A stretch of 64,000 bases of DNA from the human T2T-CHM13v2.0 reference genome, Homo sapiens. Each line of letters opens with the position of its first letter. Position 1 is the stretch's first letter. Positions 23,361 to 38,444 of the stretch are shown here, piece after piece. The notes under the pieces were generated by a model, which searched no databases, was not told the DNA's origin, and saw nothing but the letters and a program-made list of their open reading frames with translations. A program made the position numbers and the translations under genes. The stretch lies in the NCBI RefSeq assembly GCF_009914755.1, contig NC_060925.1; one strand, 5' to 3'.

Positions 23361-25721
23361 TAACAAAACCCAGTTCCAGGATGGATCAGGACTAGCCTGA
23401 GGGGCCCTGCCTGTCTCAGCTCAAAGAACTGCACCATGCCTCACACACACCAGCACACTTCGCCCTGGGAGGTGCCCAGGCCACCTGAGGTTCTGCCATG
23501 GGCTGGTTCCTTCCCTGATCACCAGCAGCGCCACCTCTGTGTTTTTCCCCTCCTCTCCCCACAACCCCCAACACACAATATGAAGAACCTTCAGTCCAGA
23601 AATTAGACATGGGACCAGCAGAGGCTATGAAGGTAACTGGAGCCAAGTGGCCCCCAGAGCTGCCATTTAGCCCAATCCAAGGTGTCTGCACTGTGGGGCA
23701 TTTGCTTCATCACTGACTTCTCTAGAATTCAGGTCAGCTCTACCTGGGCCTGAATGTGGACAGGAATTAGGGGGCCCGAACTCCAGCCTCGCTTCCACCA
23801 TGGGCCGTGCAGTCTTTGGCAACTTGCTTAACTTGGCTGAGCTTCAGTTCCCCGTTTGCAAAATTGGGGATAATACTGCCCACCTCAGCGGGTTCTCATA
23901 AAGCTCCAATGAGATCCTGTGTCCCTCCTACTTAGCTCAATAACTTGACATTCTATAAGGTTTAATTTCCTTCCTTCCTCTCTCCCTTCTTTTCTGAATG
24001 AGCTCTAAGAACCTTCCCCAATTCACTAGAGAACCTTTGAGGAAAGCTAAATTGAGGAGAAAAGGAACACAGCCCAGCCCACAGCCTCCCCATGAGGGGC
24101 TGGGGCTGGAGGGGTAGGTCTGGCGGAGGAGGGAAGGGGAGACATGAGTGATCAGAAGGTCTCAACCTAAGTGCTGGCGGCTTCTGTGACAGAGAGGCAA
24201 CTGAACCTGTATATGGTATTTGGATCACAGCTGGAAATCCGGCTGGATTTTGGCTTTAATAAAATATTTGACATTTTGTGGAGCTCAGTTTTAAACATGG
24301 GGCCGAGAGCTGGCAGACCTAGGTCCATTCCTCAAGTTCTAACTCAGTTCACCCTGCTGCTCTGGGCTTCAGTATTCTCTGCTCTCCCTGTCGTCAGATG
24401 GCATTCACATGAAGACCCAGCTGGTGATCAATTCGTGGCAAAAAGTGTCAGAAGCTAGAAGACTTATCTCCGGTCAGTGTTTTCAACATGGTAGTTATCC
24501 TGCACGTGGTGATTGTACAACCCTAAGTGGAAATAGGACCCTAAAGTCCACTCTCTTCCAAGACTAGCCACTTAGAAACATACCAGCAACCATAAGGAAG
24601 CTGATTTAAGACCCCTTGGCCCCGCTCCCATAACACACGCCCAACAGAGTTGGCTTGACTATGGAACCATCCCAAAATCTCTCCTCCACACTGCCTCTTC
24701 TCTTCCTCTTCTCTTCTCTTGGCCTGAAGAAGCTTGCTCAGTGCACGTATCTTGTCTTCAGGTAGAACTAGAAGTTGAACAAGTCAGTTTCCTCTTTCTG
24801 ACATTGAGAGGGTGGGTATCAAGGAGGATGTTTCAGAGAACGAAGAGGTTCTTGGCTCTTTGTACTATCTGTGCCTGTTCCAGCTCTAGCTGCCCTTGTT
24901 TGACCTGCTTCTTGCAGGAGGTAGTGGCCAGCATCGTAGGGAATGCCCATGAAGTACTCTGGGCTTCTCCGATGTAAAGGGTGAGAAAAATCAAAGCCAG
25001 CTCTTATCTCCATCCAGATGGTGGGGATAAAAACAGTCCAAGCCCGTTTCTTGCCTCACTTGTCCAGTGGCTAAGCTAATGCCAAACTGGGATTTCTCTG
25101 ACCTCATGTTAACCCGACCTCAAGGCTGCCAGAGTATCAGCTACTAAATCACCAATCTATAAAAGTCATCTCGCAGCCTTTTCCAGATCCCAGAAGGAGT
25201 CTTTACTCCATCCTGACCTCAGAAGCCACCTTGCATCCTCTGCCAATGCTTTCTTCTTCCTGTATTTAGGAATCACATCTATCACTTGGGGTCCAGAAAA
25301 CATTTTTAGCTACCAACCATGAGTCAGACTTCATCCCCATTTACAACCGTGTGACTAGAGGGTAGGGAGTTGGAGAAGATTCCTCCAGCCACAGAACAGC
25401 TCCTTGAACAAGCTTTTGCTAAAAGACAAGTCTCCTCATGCCCTTCCTTTTCCAAAAAGTCTTCTCTGACTCCCTGCTGGATAAAGGTTAGAAGCTTGAG
25501 CGTGGCTTCCCCAGAACCTTCACCGTCTGGTCCCAGCCTCTCTTTTGGGCCTCAGTCAGTCCCTGCCCTCCCTCCCACACACTCGCACTCCAATCCCATG
25601 CACATAGAAGTGTTTGAATGTATGTACTTTCCTGCTTTGGGTTACACGCTTCCCTTTGCTTGGAGTGTCCCCTGGCTTTCCTCCACCTGTGAATCTGCTC
25701 ATCCTTTGTGAAGTCTTTTCT

Positions 25722-26500
25722 TTCTTTTTCTTTTCTTTTTTTTTTTTGGTACACATTTATTGGGTACAAGTGCAATTTTGCCACATGCCTAGTTGCACAG
25801 TAGTTATATCAGGGCTTTTAGAGTATCGGTCACTCAAATAACATACATTGTACCCATTAAGTAATTTCTCATTGTCCACCCCTCTCCCACCCTCTCTCCC
25901 TCTGAGTCTCCATTGTCCGTCATTCCACTCTCTACATCCATGTGTACACATTTTTAAGCTCCTACTTATGAGTGAGAACATACTTGTCTTTCTGTGTCTA
26001 ACGTATTTCACCTCTTGTTCCGGCTGTGTTGCTGTAAACGACATAATTTCATTCTTTTTATGGCTGAATAGTATTCCACGTGTATGTGTATCACATTTTC
26101 TTTATCTACTAATCATCTATTGGTGGGCAGGGCATTTAGGTTGATTCCATGTCTTTGCTATTGTGAATAATACTGCAGTAAACATACGAGTGCAGGTACT
26201 TTTTTTTTTTTTTTAGGCAAGATCTAGCTCTGTCACCGAGACTGGAGTGCAATGATACCATCACAGCTCACTGCAGCCTTGACCTCTCAGGCCCAAGTGA
26301 TCCTCCTCTGAGTAGCTGGGACCACATGCCATCATGCCTGGCTAAGTTTTAATTTTTTGTAGAGATGGGGTCTTGCCATGTTACCCAGGCTGGTCTGGAA
26401 CTTCTGGGCTTGGGCAGTCCTCCCGCCTCAGCCTCCCAAAGTGTAGGGATTATAGGTGGGAGCCACCAGGCCTGGCTTTCTTTTAGATATATTGATTTCT
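25722..26500 (-). mobile_element. L1PB/L1MA 3' end, 5'-truncated, interrupted by AluJ
   Basis: Poly(T) followed by the reverse complement of the L1 3' UTR (gaaattacttaatgggtacaatgta...ctaaaagccctga); TSD TTGTGAAGTCTTTTCT. Confidence 0.85.
26200..26476 (-). mobile_element. AluJ inside the L1
   Basis: Poly(T) plus reverse-complement Alu (tcacagctcactgcagccttgacct, gtagagatggggtcttgccatgttacccagg). Confidence 0.9.
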
Positions 26501-26517
26501 TTTGTGAAGTCTTTTCT

Positions 26518-26823
<306 letters not shown>

Positions 26824-27129
26824 TTGTGAAGTCTTTTCTAATCCACCCTGTCCCACTGGCAGAATGTTTCGCCCCTTAGCCAGTGATATGCCTTTACAAG
26901 AGCATATGTTGCACTAGATGTTTACTCGGCTGCTTTCCACAGGCCCTTTCAAAGGCCATAGATTAGACCCACCTTTCCTGTAGCCCTGGCCAATTAGATC
27001 ACAGAGACCTATGTAGATATGGTAGGAAAAATGATCCAGAATGTAGCTGTGACCTGGAGGATGCCTGCATGTTCCTTCAATATCATACTAAGGCTTTGTC
27101 TGTCATGAAGATTATTAATTCTCTAGAAG

Positions 27130-27321
27130 TGTGCTATCAACAGATGGCTATTGAACACTTGAAATGTGGCTAGTGCCTCATGTCAAAATGACAATATTTT
27201 GAATGTGTTAAATAAATTATTAAAATGAATTTCTCCTGTTTGTTTTTACTTTTTAATGTGGCTACTAGAAAAATTTAAATTATACGCCTGGTTCACATTA
27301 TATATCCACTGGAAAGTGCTG
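27130..27321. mobile_element. MER33/MER3-like hAT-Charlie fragment
   Basis: gtgctatcaa...tggctattgaacacttgaaatgtggctagtg...tttaatgtggctactagaaaaatttaaattatac. Confidence 0.7.
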
Positions 27322-28704
27322 CAGTAGCAGACAATAATTGTTTGACTTTGTCATTTGCTATTATTAATTAAGGGCTCAAAGTGTGAAGTTACATGTTATA
27401 GGGTTTTGTTTTTGTTTTTGTTTTTGTTTTTTTTTTTGCCTGTTAGAGATTCAAGTGATTTGTATCCAGTAGGAAAAATAACCCCAGTTTTATTTTTCTG
27501 TAGGACATTAACTAGATTTGTATTTTTTAAAAAATTATTTTGGCGTGCCTTTTAAATCCCAGTTCCTCAAATGCTCTTTGAATCAACTTTATTATCGTAT
27601 TGTTTCCCTTGTCAGTTAATGAGTTCAATAAAATCTTTGATACATATTCATACTTTAACTGTATGAGACTTGTGTTTCTAACTTTTTGGAAATTATACTT
27701 TGACATATCTCTGTCTCCTGTTCGGCTTGATGGCAGAGACTCAATTATTAACATACCTAGTATTAAGTAGGGACTCAGTAAATGTTGAATGAATAAGAAG
27801 CACTTGTTTAGAATTGAGGTCGAAAGTTTAAACTGCCAGCCAAACTTTGTGGTGGGATCCCTATCAGCCACATGTCTGGAGAGTGGCAGATGCAGGAAAG
27901 ATGAGACGTTTTCAGGATCCTGAACTATTTGGGTGGTTTCCCAGTTTGGGGGGCCTGTGATCCCAAGGGAATGCTGGCCAAAGCAAGTCCCTTCTGTCAG
28001 CTCAAGGGTGAGGTCCTCTCAGGCTCCCCGCCCTTCCCACCCACCTGGGGTGCTGCAGGAAGTATGGAGCCCAGATAGGACTCTTGTCCCTTCCTGCCCC
28101 ATGGCCAACTACATCACTATGAAGATTCTGTAAGACAACCCTAACTGCTTCTCACCATCTGGACACAGAGGCACTTTTGTTGTTAGAGGTCAGTAGAAGA
28201 GCAGGCCCCTTTTTTTCTGGGGGCTCTGGAAAAAATTCTTTCGGTCCTGCATCCTGGCAGACAATTGCAAGAATATGTCTCTTCCCCTTTACCCTCCTGC
28301 CCATCTCCACAATAAGGGATGGCAGGCTGGTAACTGAGGGTGAAAGTTGCTTGCAAATTCCTTGAGGAGAGAAGCTGTTGATTTGTATGCCTGGCACCTG
28401 GTTAGCACGTTGCCTGGCATACAGCAGACACTCAGTGAATGCTAATCCACCTCCCCTCCCTCGGCCCGACTTCAGCACCAGAGCCAGCTTCCTTCCAATG
28501 AGTCTGATATATAGACTCCTTGGCCTGGACAGAACACTGATTAATCAATCCCCCCTCTGGGAGTCTTGAGCAGGATCAGCTGATAATTAGGCATCAAGCT
28601 CAGAGTTGGTGACCTTTTAGAAGTGTCACTGCTCTTGTCTGCTCTCCTTAAAAGAAAAGAGAAATTGGTAGAGGCTTTGCTTCTGGAGAATAAAAGCATT
28701 GCTT

Positions 28705-28960
28705 TAAAAAAATTGTTGCCAAATAGACATAACATAAATTTATTATTTTAACCATTTTTTTCAGTGACATTAAGTACATTCACATATTGTGCAACCTATA
28801 TAGCCATCCATCTCCAGAACTCTTTCTGTCTTCCCAAACTGAGACTCTGCACCCATTAAACAATGACTCCTCATTCTCTTCTCCCCCAGTCCCTAGCAAC
28901 CAGCATTCTACTGTCTTTGTGAATTTGACTAAGTACCCCATATAAGTGGAATCATACGTT
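28705..28960 (-). mobile_element. L1MB 3' fragment
   Basis: acataacataaatttattattttaaccattttt...cattaagtacattcacatattgtgcaacc...ctctgcacccattaaaca. Confidence 0.75.
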
Positions 28961-30199
28961 TTCAAGTCCCACCTTGAAGCTGTTATCAGCGAACACTTTC
29001 CTTAATTAAAAATTAACACCTTAGCAAGAATTAGTCTCTGACAACAGGAATGGGTCATCACTCCTTTTCTCATGCCAAATGAAACACTGTCTTCCATATG
29101 GTTCCCAGACACAGCTCCCCTTTCCCGGGCTCCCCCACCTCCCTCCTCCCACATGACCAGGCCTCGCACACTCATCTGGCTAATGCCTACTTAGCTCAAC
29201 GCTCTTCTCCAGCCAGAAGTCCAGACAGACCCCTGGAAGGGGTCTCTCCTCCCTCCTCCATGTCCTCCAGGCTGCCATCTGGTAGGCCACCCTGTATCTT
29301 GCCCTACTGCCTTCTACACTCACTCCCTCTGGCCACAAGCTCCCTGAGGGCACAGTTCCCACCAGTCTCTTTGTATGGCTTGCACCTACCAAACCAGGCC
29401 TTTGAGTTGCTTAGAATAATTCATATGTCACATTTGGCACCACTGCACAAGCCTGGGCCATTTTGTGATTAGAAACTCCCAGGAAAAAAGATGGAGTTAT
29501 CCTCTTGGAGAAATATGCCTGCATGGTTGGTGTAAGGAAGGGCCAGGGGCACTGTCAGTGTGGATAGAGATTCCTGCCCTGAGGAAAAGCAAATTGCCAA
29601 GGGGATGAATTAGTTTTGAGACCTTCAGCACAGTTATTCCTTCCTTTATTCACTCAGTCATCCTACAAACATGCAGTGGCACTTGCTCTGAGTGAGGCAC
29701 CCAGCAAGGCCCCCAAGGGAAAAGAGGAAAGGAAGACCCCCTACACAGCCAGTCTGCTAGGAGAGGCCCTGGGCTTCTCTAGGAGGAGGAGGAGAGGAGC
29801 GGCTGGGGTAGGGGAGGCTAGGCCAAGCCCATCAGGTGGAGAAGCAGGTGGCTGTTCCTGAAGCCTCAAGCCCATGGACTGCCTTGAAGCCCTGGCCTCA
29901 CCTCCTGGAGGCTTATCTATACTCCAGCTTTTGAGGTCAGTTCTGGGGGACGGGACTAGGGCCATGTAAGCAGGCAGAGAGGGGAGACAGGTCCTAGGCA
30001 AACAGGAACAGTCAGGTATCCCTTGTGGCAGTTGCTTCTACCCAGAGGGTGGCAGGGGAGTGCCTGCAGGGTAGAGTGGTCTACTGGCAGGAGTCCCTAT
30101 AGGACCTCCATGTGAGGGGCCCCAACATCACTGCATGCTAGTCCGGCTTGGCTTAAAGAGTCCACTTAGAGGACTTCAAGCTCCACAGGCCACGAACGT

Positions 30200-30562
30200 T
30201 GTTATGGTTTGGCTGTGTCCCTACTCAAATCTCATCTTGAATTGTAGCACCCATAATTCCCATGTGTTGTGGGAAGACCTGGTGGGAAGTAATTGAATCA
30301 TGGGGGCAGGTCTTTCCCATGCTGTTCTCACAATAGTGAATACATCTCATGAGAAATGATGGTTTTATAAAGGGGAGTTCCCCTGCACACTCTCTCTTGC
30401 CTGCCGCCATGTAAGACATGTCTTTGCTCCTCCTTCACCTTTTGCCATGATTGTGAGGCACCCCCAGCCATGTGGAACTGTGAGTCCATTAAACCTCTTT
30501 CTTTTGTAAATAACTCAGTCTCAGATGTGTCTTCATTAGCAGCTTGGGAACAGACTAATACA
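30200..30562 (+). mobile_element. THE1B solo LTR (MaLR)
   Basis: TGTTATGGTTTGGCTGTGTCCC...GAACAGACTAATACA; 5-bp TSD AACGT/AACAT. Confidence 0.92.
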
Positions 30563-33500
30563 AACATGAAGTCTATAGTAGAAAGTGACAGAATTTGAAT
30601 CTGCTCAGAGGGTAAGCATTTGGGATTATTTACCCAAGAGAGAAGGAGGAACTTAAGTGACTTGGTTATCATGATTATTTTTAAGGTGTTAAGCTGACAA
30701 CATTAACTCGAATGGTCCTCACAGCAACCCTATGAGAGGAGCAGGGCAGAAACAGCGATCCCATTATGCAGGCAAAGACAACAAGGCACAAAAGGTTAAG
30801 GCCCTTGTTGGCCACTCACTTCATCAGTAGAGGAGTTGGGGTTTGACCCCGGTGTTTCTGTCCTTGGTCCAGGGTCCTTGCTCAACCAGCCTGCCTCTCC
30901 TTACTTCATGGGTCTAATGGGGGCCCCACATTAGGGGGACTTTGAGAGCAAGCCCATGATGGTGAGCGCTCCAGCTGCTCCAGGCAGCCCTTCTGATGAG
31001 GGGCTAAAGGAGGGAGCAAGGGGTGGGGCAGGCTCTGAGTCACTCCAGGCCTGCACAGCCCACCAATCTCTCACCTCCACTCCTAATCAAGGTGCCCAGA
31101 ACCCAGTAAGCCTGGAGCTTGAGTTCATTTATCTTATCAGGCATTGGCACGGGCAGCTTGGGGAGCTCAGAGGCCTCCTGGCTAGGGAAGGATGTCCAGG
31201 TTCTGTGACTGTCAGTGTGCCCCTAAGAAAATAAATCCGTTAAAATGATTTCTTTTTCTTTCCAACCAAGAAATGAGGTTCATAACCCATCCTTGGCTAC
31301 CAGAGAACAGTCCTCTCTGAATTCCTTCCCTACCTTGGTTACAGCTGTTAAATTGGTCATTTGGGTTTCAAAGGATGAAAGTCTGCCCTGCAAAACCTGT
31401 GGTTGGGCCTGGTTAACTCACTGGCTCAGGCCTGAGAGAAGGGTGGAGAGAGGCTTAGCTTCCCACTGGCTGTCTTGAGCACAGATGGAACTTGCCTGGA
31501 TAGAGCACTCAGAAATGCTCTCCCTTGATCACCGGAGAGAGGTTGGATGGCTCAGCTGAAACCCTGCCCCTCTGCTCCAGAAACTTCCTGATGCCCTGCC
31601 TCCCGAGAATGGCTCTGGTACAATATCACATTCATTGAGCATCTACTCTGTGCCAAATATTTTACATATCTCATTCAATTCTAACACAATCCTTCAAAAG
31701 AGATATTATCTCCACTCTAAAAATGAGAAATCTGAGCATCAGGGAAGTTAGGTTAACTTGTCTGGTCAGGAAGCTAGTGAGTTGCAGAACCATGGCTTGG
31801 ATCTATTGTAATCTCACCACAGTCCCTTCAGGTATGTGTTGTTATCAACTTTTCATAGGATAGGAGAAGAAATTGGGACTCAGATAGGCTAATTATAGGC
31901 CAATTATGCTTGCCCAAGGCAAGCAACTCCCCAGCGTATGTTTGTGATCTTATCTCTCTGCTCTCCCAGGCAGGCTGATTCCCTCACCCCATATTTAGTG
32001 GGGCCTCCATGCTTTTGCTAGGTCTCCTCCACTCAACACTCTTCCCCAGCCCCATCTTCTCAGCCAACTCTCTGAAGCTGGTATATCTTCCCAGTCCAAT
32101 GCACAATGGCTCCCTCCACAAAGCCTTCCCTAGCACTTGGGGCCATGCTGACCCCATGCTGATCATCCCTTCCTCCCCTTTCCAATCTCCAACCACATTT
32201 ACTGACCATGAGGGCACTTCATTGTTGTCTGTTTATGCATCTTCTTGTTTTGCACATGTGTGCCTTGTTTCTGCCCACTCTGGTCTTCCCTAAAGAATAA
32301 CAACCAATCATGAGAGATGTCTCATTGCTTACAGCCCTGAGATGTCAACTCTAGATTCTACAAGTGTCTTCACAGTGGAGGCCACATTCATGCATCTGCC
32401 ACAGCATCTAGCATAGTGTCAACCACAAACAGAGTGTTGAATAAATTCCACACATCTGTATGTTATTGTTCAAAGCATTTGAATGTCCCCTGTCTTGATG
32501 CATCCTCCTGAGAACAGTGTGAGGTGGTGTCCAGGCTCTGAGGGGCTAGTGCTGTAGCTAAGGTCAGTGGGAGACCCGGACCAGGACCCAGATTTTCTGA
32601 TCCTGAGTCTAGGGCTCTTTCCTCTGCTCAGGCCACAGATAATCAACTGTTTCTTGGAACATGTTCCAATCAGCTTATTTTCTCCACTGTTCCTTCTTCC
32701 ACAGAGCCATGAGAAGGGAGCCTTCCTTGTTGACGGTGTTATCAGACTGGCTCTGAGGGCAGCAGAAGTCAGAGGGCAGGGGTGGTGAAAGCATCTCAAG
32801 TGAAGCTCTGAATGAGTCTAGCCACCTGGCTAGGCTGAAGTCCTGGTCAAGAGAGGCCTTTCCCATTTCTCCTCAGGGGTTCTTGGGTCTATAGGGCCCC
32901 CGCCCTACTTCACGGCCATGCAGAGAGCCACCAATAGAGGCAGGTGATCAGTTGCAGACCAAGCTCCAGGTACCCTCAGGATCCTTCCTCTAGCAGGAAG
33001 GGGAAGGAAAACCCTCAGAGGCCTGCTACTGCTTCTTCATGAGAAGGAAGAAATAGGCAGAAGTCGGGGGGGGGGGGGCGTTTCTGTTGTTGTTTTGCCT
33101 GCAGGGTTCCAGGAGGGAACCCCAAGCAGCTCTGCTGTGGATGTCCCCCATCAGACATATCTGGAGATGCTTTGTCAGAAAGGAGGATTCGGTTGCATGA
33201 AACCATTCCCATTCTCAGCTAGACAGCCTGCGGGATTTGGGTGCATCCAGGAGACCAGCCCCTTCTCTCTGCTCTAAGCCAACCAGCCAGCCACAGGATC
33301 TGACCCCTGAGGCTTGGGAGGATGGTCAGGGTCACTGTGGCATCTTCATGTGATTCAGTGCATCATTTGCACCTCATGTTCCTTCATTGCACCCACTGCA
33401 TATCCAAGAACATCCCCAGAGAGTCATGGTCATTTTCCATTTCTCCATCTTGTGGCTTATCTGCCATGTGGAGGAGGCCAGGTTGGAGTTAAAGACTGGG

Positions 33501-35620
33501 GCTGAGTGTGTGACACCTGCTTTTTGAGAGCAGCCCTGGCATAGGCTGCTTGCTCTAAACTCTGTACAGCTTCCTGCCCTGGGAAATGCAGAATTAATTG
33601 AATGACATGTGCAGTGATTACGGGAACAAGGAGATGAGTTGGGGGGAGGACTGTCTGTAGATCCTGCCAAGGAGACTAGGAATATATTCAAACCATCACC
33701 TTATACTGAGCTCCCTCAGCAGGTGTCAGTGTAGCAGTCACCTGGTCTATCCCAAATACAGCACCTTACAGCCTGAGCACATACTTTGCAGAGCCAGCCA
33801 GAGCCTCTGGGAGGCCCACAAGAAGGCTGCAGCAGTGCTGTAGAACAGCCCACAGCAGTTGTAGCAATGCCATTCCAGTCCATTCCATTCCATTCAATTC
33901 CGTATTAGCTCACCACCTACTATGTTCTGGAAAGGGTGCCAACATTATAAGTAAAATAATCTTCAAGTTGATGAAACTCACTGCATAGCATAGGAGACAT
34001 CCAAGTATATACAGATAGCATTTCTGGACTTGCAGAGATGATTCTCATTTAAGACATTTGGTAAACTCTGGTGAGAGCAGGGAACATACACTCTCTTTTA
34101 TTCACCCCTGTAATCCCAGTGCCTGGCACAGAGCCTGGAGCAGAGTAGGTGCTTAATAGATGGTTGGCAAATGAGCAAATGCCTAGATCGTCGGAGTTGG
34201 ACAAACAAGTTCCCTAGAGCTCTGCAGGGAGTTAAGATTCAATGTGCTCTCTGTTGGCCGTCCCCCTGGAACCCCCTGGTTTCCTCTCAGGAGGTCCTCT
34301 TCACTTCACCGTCTTCTCTCCAGCTCACCCCTTCACACTTAGGCTCTGCAGTTTTGCATTCAACACCCTACTCCATGTCCCCAGGCACAAGTTGCCAAAG
34401 ATAACTAATATTAGCAGGTTAGAGTCAGCACAGATATACTTTAAGATGCTTAGCGGGGCTGGAGAGTCCTAGACAGAGCCGGGTGTATTTTTAGCTCTTT
34501 GGGTATCTGGAAAGGTATTGAGATGCAGTCATTGCTACAGACACCCAGGCAAATCAGTATTCTGCTACTGGCCTCCCCATACCAGGCAGTTTCCATTCAG
34601 TGTCTCAAAAGCAAGGGTTGCCATGGAGACTGAGTGCCAGGACAACCGAACTTCCTCTCAGGAAACAACAGCACAGGTGGAGCTCTGGGCCAATGGGGAT
34701 CAAGAAGCTTCTCAGATGGCCACAGCTTTCTCTCCTGAAGGCAAACGATGGCAGAGGTCCCTGGCACCCTCAGAAGGGGTCAGCCAGAAGATGGAGGACA
34801 CTGTCTCTGGAACTTCATTCAGGGAGGGGTTGATTCTATTTCTCACTCACACTTGCTGTGGACTGCTTTAGTTCTCTTCCTGGCCCTTCCTTCCACAAAG
34901 GGATTTGGCCACCCAAGAAGCAGTCTAGAAGCTGCTCAGGGAGGAAGGTGGCAGGGCCATTTTGCAGTAGAGGCTAGTTCTGGCAAACACCTAGAACACA
35001 AGCTCTGCAGGAGGCTGGGGGAGGCCATGTCAGTCCTGCAGCCATTAGAATTACAGTAGCCCACTCTTCTGGGTGGCACTGTACAGGACCATCTTATCCT
35101 ATTCTTGCTATCATCTGGGGAAGCAGCCAAGACAGGTGGCATGATCTCCACTTTCCTCCTGCATTCGACAAACATTTCCTGTGTACCTGACATGTTAGAC
35201 AAGCGAGATGAAAACCCAAGGCTCCAAGAGGCTATGAAACCCACCTACAGTTACAAAGCTATTAAGGGTGGAACCAGAAGAGCACCCAGATCTCTCCAGT
35301 CCCTAGATTCAGAGGGATATGAGCCCAAAGAATCTGTTAGAGAATATTTACTGTGACCCTCACACTTCAGAGAAAATAAACTGAGGCCCCGAAAGAACAC
35401 ATAACTTGGTCACTCAGAACTTGTAGTGGAGCAAGGCCAAGATTCTTTTGCCCAGTCTTCTCATCACCCGTAGCTCTTCCCAGATATTCCAGCTTTTACT
35501 GGACATCACGCTGTGTCAGGCAGTGGATCAGCTAACAATTACATTTAGTTGTGATTAATGAAGACCTGACCACAATGACTTAAACAGGGGCTTACGTCTC
35601 ACTCATAAAAGTCCAGAGGC

Positions 35621-36401
35621 GACGGAGGCCTTGCTCGCTCCAGGCCCGGTCACAGTGGTTGTAGTGGAAGAAAGACAAGTCTGCAGTGGACGGGAAGCGC
35701 CGTCACGCCCCGGTATTACAAGGACAAGCTGAAGGAGGACCTGGGCGTGTGTCTGTTGCAGTCCAACTGTGTGGTCCAGGAAGGAAAATCCCCTCTGCAG
35801 TGTTTGAAGGAAGGATACTGCAAAGCTTTGAAATACTCATTTTTTGAGTATAAAAGATCAGTGTTGGATACCAGGTCAAGAATCAGAGGAAGAAAGGGAT
35901 ATTGATACATTATGTTGAAGCCAAGATGAAAACAACAAAGGATTTTCTCTGGTTATTAACACAAAGAAGCCAAAACAGGAAACATACTTTTTACTACATC
36001 TGTTTGGTTGGACCAGTTTTCCCCTCCATGGAACACTGAAGAAAATGAATGAGTTCTGTTTTTGAATATGTATAAAGTAAATGATTCTCTTGATCCAAGT
36101 TATTTTTAGAAGAAAAACCTAATTAAACAGTTATGGGTTGGGAGCATAATAAATGTGTTTTCAGAATTGTTCTAAAGCACAGAGAATGGAAAGATTGTTA
36201 TTTGCAAACTTGACTCTTCAATTGAATTACACAATTTGTACAGGCCACTGATGTGACTGACACAGTTGATAACATGGAGCCTGTCCAGAAGACGTCAGTT
36301 GGGAAAGTTTAGGGTAAAACTTTTTCTTTAGTTCAGTCTTTCCTGTCTAGTTCTAAAATAAATTGTGTTTGATTCCCTCCCCTGCCGCAAAAAAAAAAAA
36401 A
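35621..36401 (+). pseudogene. COA5 (PET191) processed pseudogene
   Basis: 35705-35905 translates TPRYYKDK-LKEDLGVCLLQSNCVVQEGKSPLQCLKEGYCKALKYSFFEYKRSVLDTRSRIRGRKGY*, compared with COA5 MPKYYEDKPQGGACAGLKEDLGACLLQSDCVVQEGKSPRQCLKEGYC...RGRKGY. Intronless, AATAAA at 36357-36362, poly(A) at 36389-36401, TSD AAAAGTCCAGAGGC. Confidence 0.93.
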
Positions 36402-36408
36402 GTCCAGG

Positions 36409-36759
<351 letters not shown>

Positions 36760-37143
36760 CTAACCAAGTCATCAGGGATGCAGCTTTCTTCTAGCTTTCT
36801 GCATCACTGACTTTTGCACACAGCTTTAATCCTAAAATGTCCAAGACTACAGCTGGTGTGTTAGCCATCACATCCATATTTCAGGCAGGAAAAGTGAGAA
36901 CAGAAAGGAACAAAAGGACATGACATGCATGCCTGACCTGTCTGCCCCGTTAGGAGTCTTTCTGCAATCCCATCCAAGTTCTACTTATAATCCTTTCGCA
37001 CTTGCCAGTAAGGGAGGTTAAGAAATGTTGTCTTTTACCTGGGCACATTGCTATGCTAAATGGATTTGAGCTTGTGGTAGGAATGAAGAATGATATTGGG
37101 AGCAACCAGAAATTTCTGCCATAGACACTTTCCTAGGCACTAA

Positions 37144-37515
<372 letters not shown>

Positions 37516-38444
37516 ATTTCCTGCTTCTTAAAATTGTTCTATACTTTCTAAATTTTCTTCAGCGTGTATGTGTTGATTTCACAATGAGAGAAAAACACCC
37601 ATCCATCCTCCTTCAAATCATTCACACAGATGACTATTAACCCTGCCCAGAGTCACCTAGGCTATGCTGCTTTTACGAGGAAGGCACAAAAATTCTTAAA
37701 ACAGGATTTGAGCAAAATATCAATTCTGTTCAGCTTGAATGAAATCTACCATATCACCCTATGAGGAGGCATGGAGCAGAAGTGGTGAATCCTCCAAGGC
37801 ACTGATGAGAATCACAGCTTCATGCACAGCCAGCTCCCCAGCCCTCAGCCTCCCCTCCTCCTGCTCCCATCTCCTCTTGTCTGGGAGTACCTCCCACACA
37901 AGGTCTTCTCCACGCTGAAATCCAATGCCCTCAGGGGCTTCTGGGCTGCATGCCCATCTGGACTCAGAGCTGAATAGCAGGGGTGGATGCTGTGGCTCTG
38001 TGGGTAAGGCTCAGCCTTTGCACAGCCTGTCACAGATGGCTCTGTTTATTTGTGAATCGGAGGTATCCTCCTCAAGCACCCAGAAGGTAGGTCAAGGACC
38101 TGGAGGAGTCTCCTTTTCCCCACAGTAAGCCAAAGGCTGGGCCCAGGCATCCTGACCCCTACTGTCCCCAAGGAAATTGTTCAGGAATGAATCGTAGGCC
38201 AGCTCAGCATGTGACTAGGGCACATGGGGAACCCACCGGAACACTTTCTCTCAGTGTGCTGCTTGTCTAAGGCATGATGAACAGGTGTTTGAGAGGGGAC
38301 GGTGGACAAGCAAGGATCAGTCTATTCCATATGGAATTGAAGCATGGGTGCTTAATTCATGAGAAGAGCCCAGACATTGCTACTTATTCCAGAATCTTTC
38401 CTCCCCTTCATCTTACTAAATGGACATCAATTTTACTTGGGGCT

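Noticed and set aside
30459-30471. PRDM9 hotspot motif position in THE1B
   Set aside because: Reads CACCCCCAGCCAT rather than the hot CCTCCCTAGCCAC allele.
32931-32946. CTCF-like ccaatagaggcagg
   Set aside because: Lacks a base in the AGRKGGC core.
33868-33902. (CCATT)n resembling satellite III
   Set aside because: Only ~6 degenerate units next to an L2-like tail; a simple repeat.
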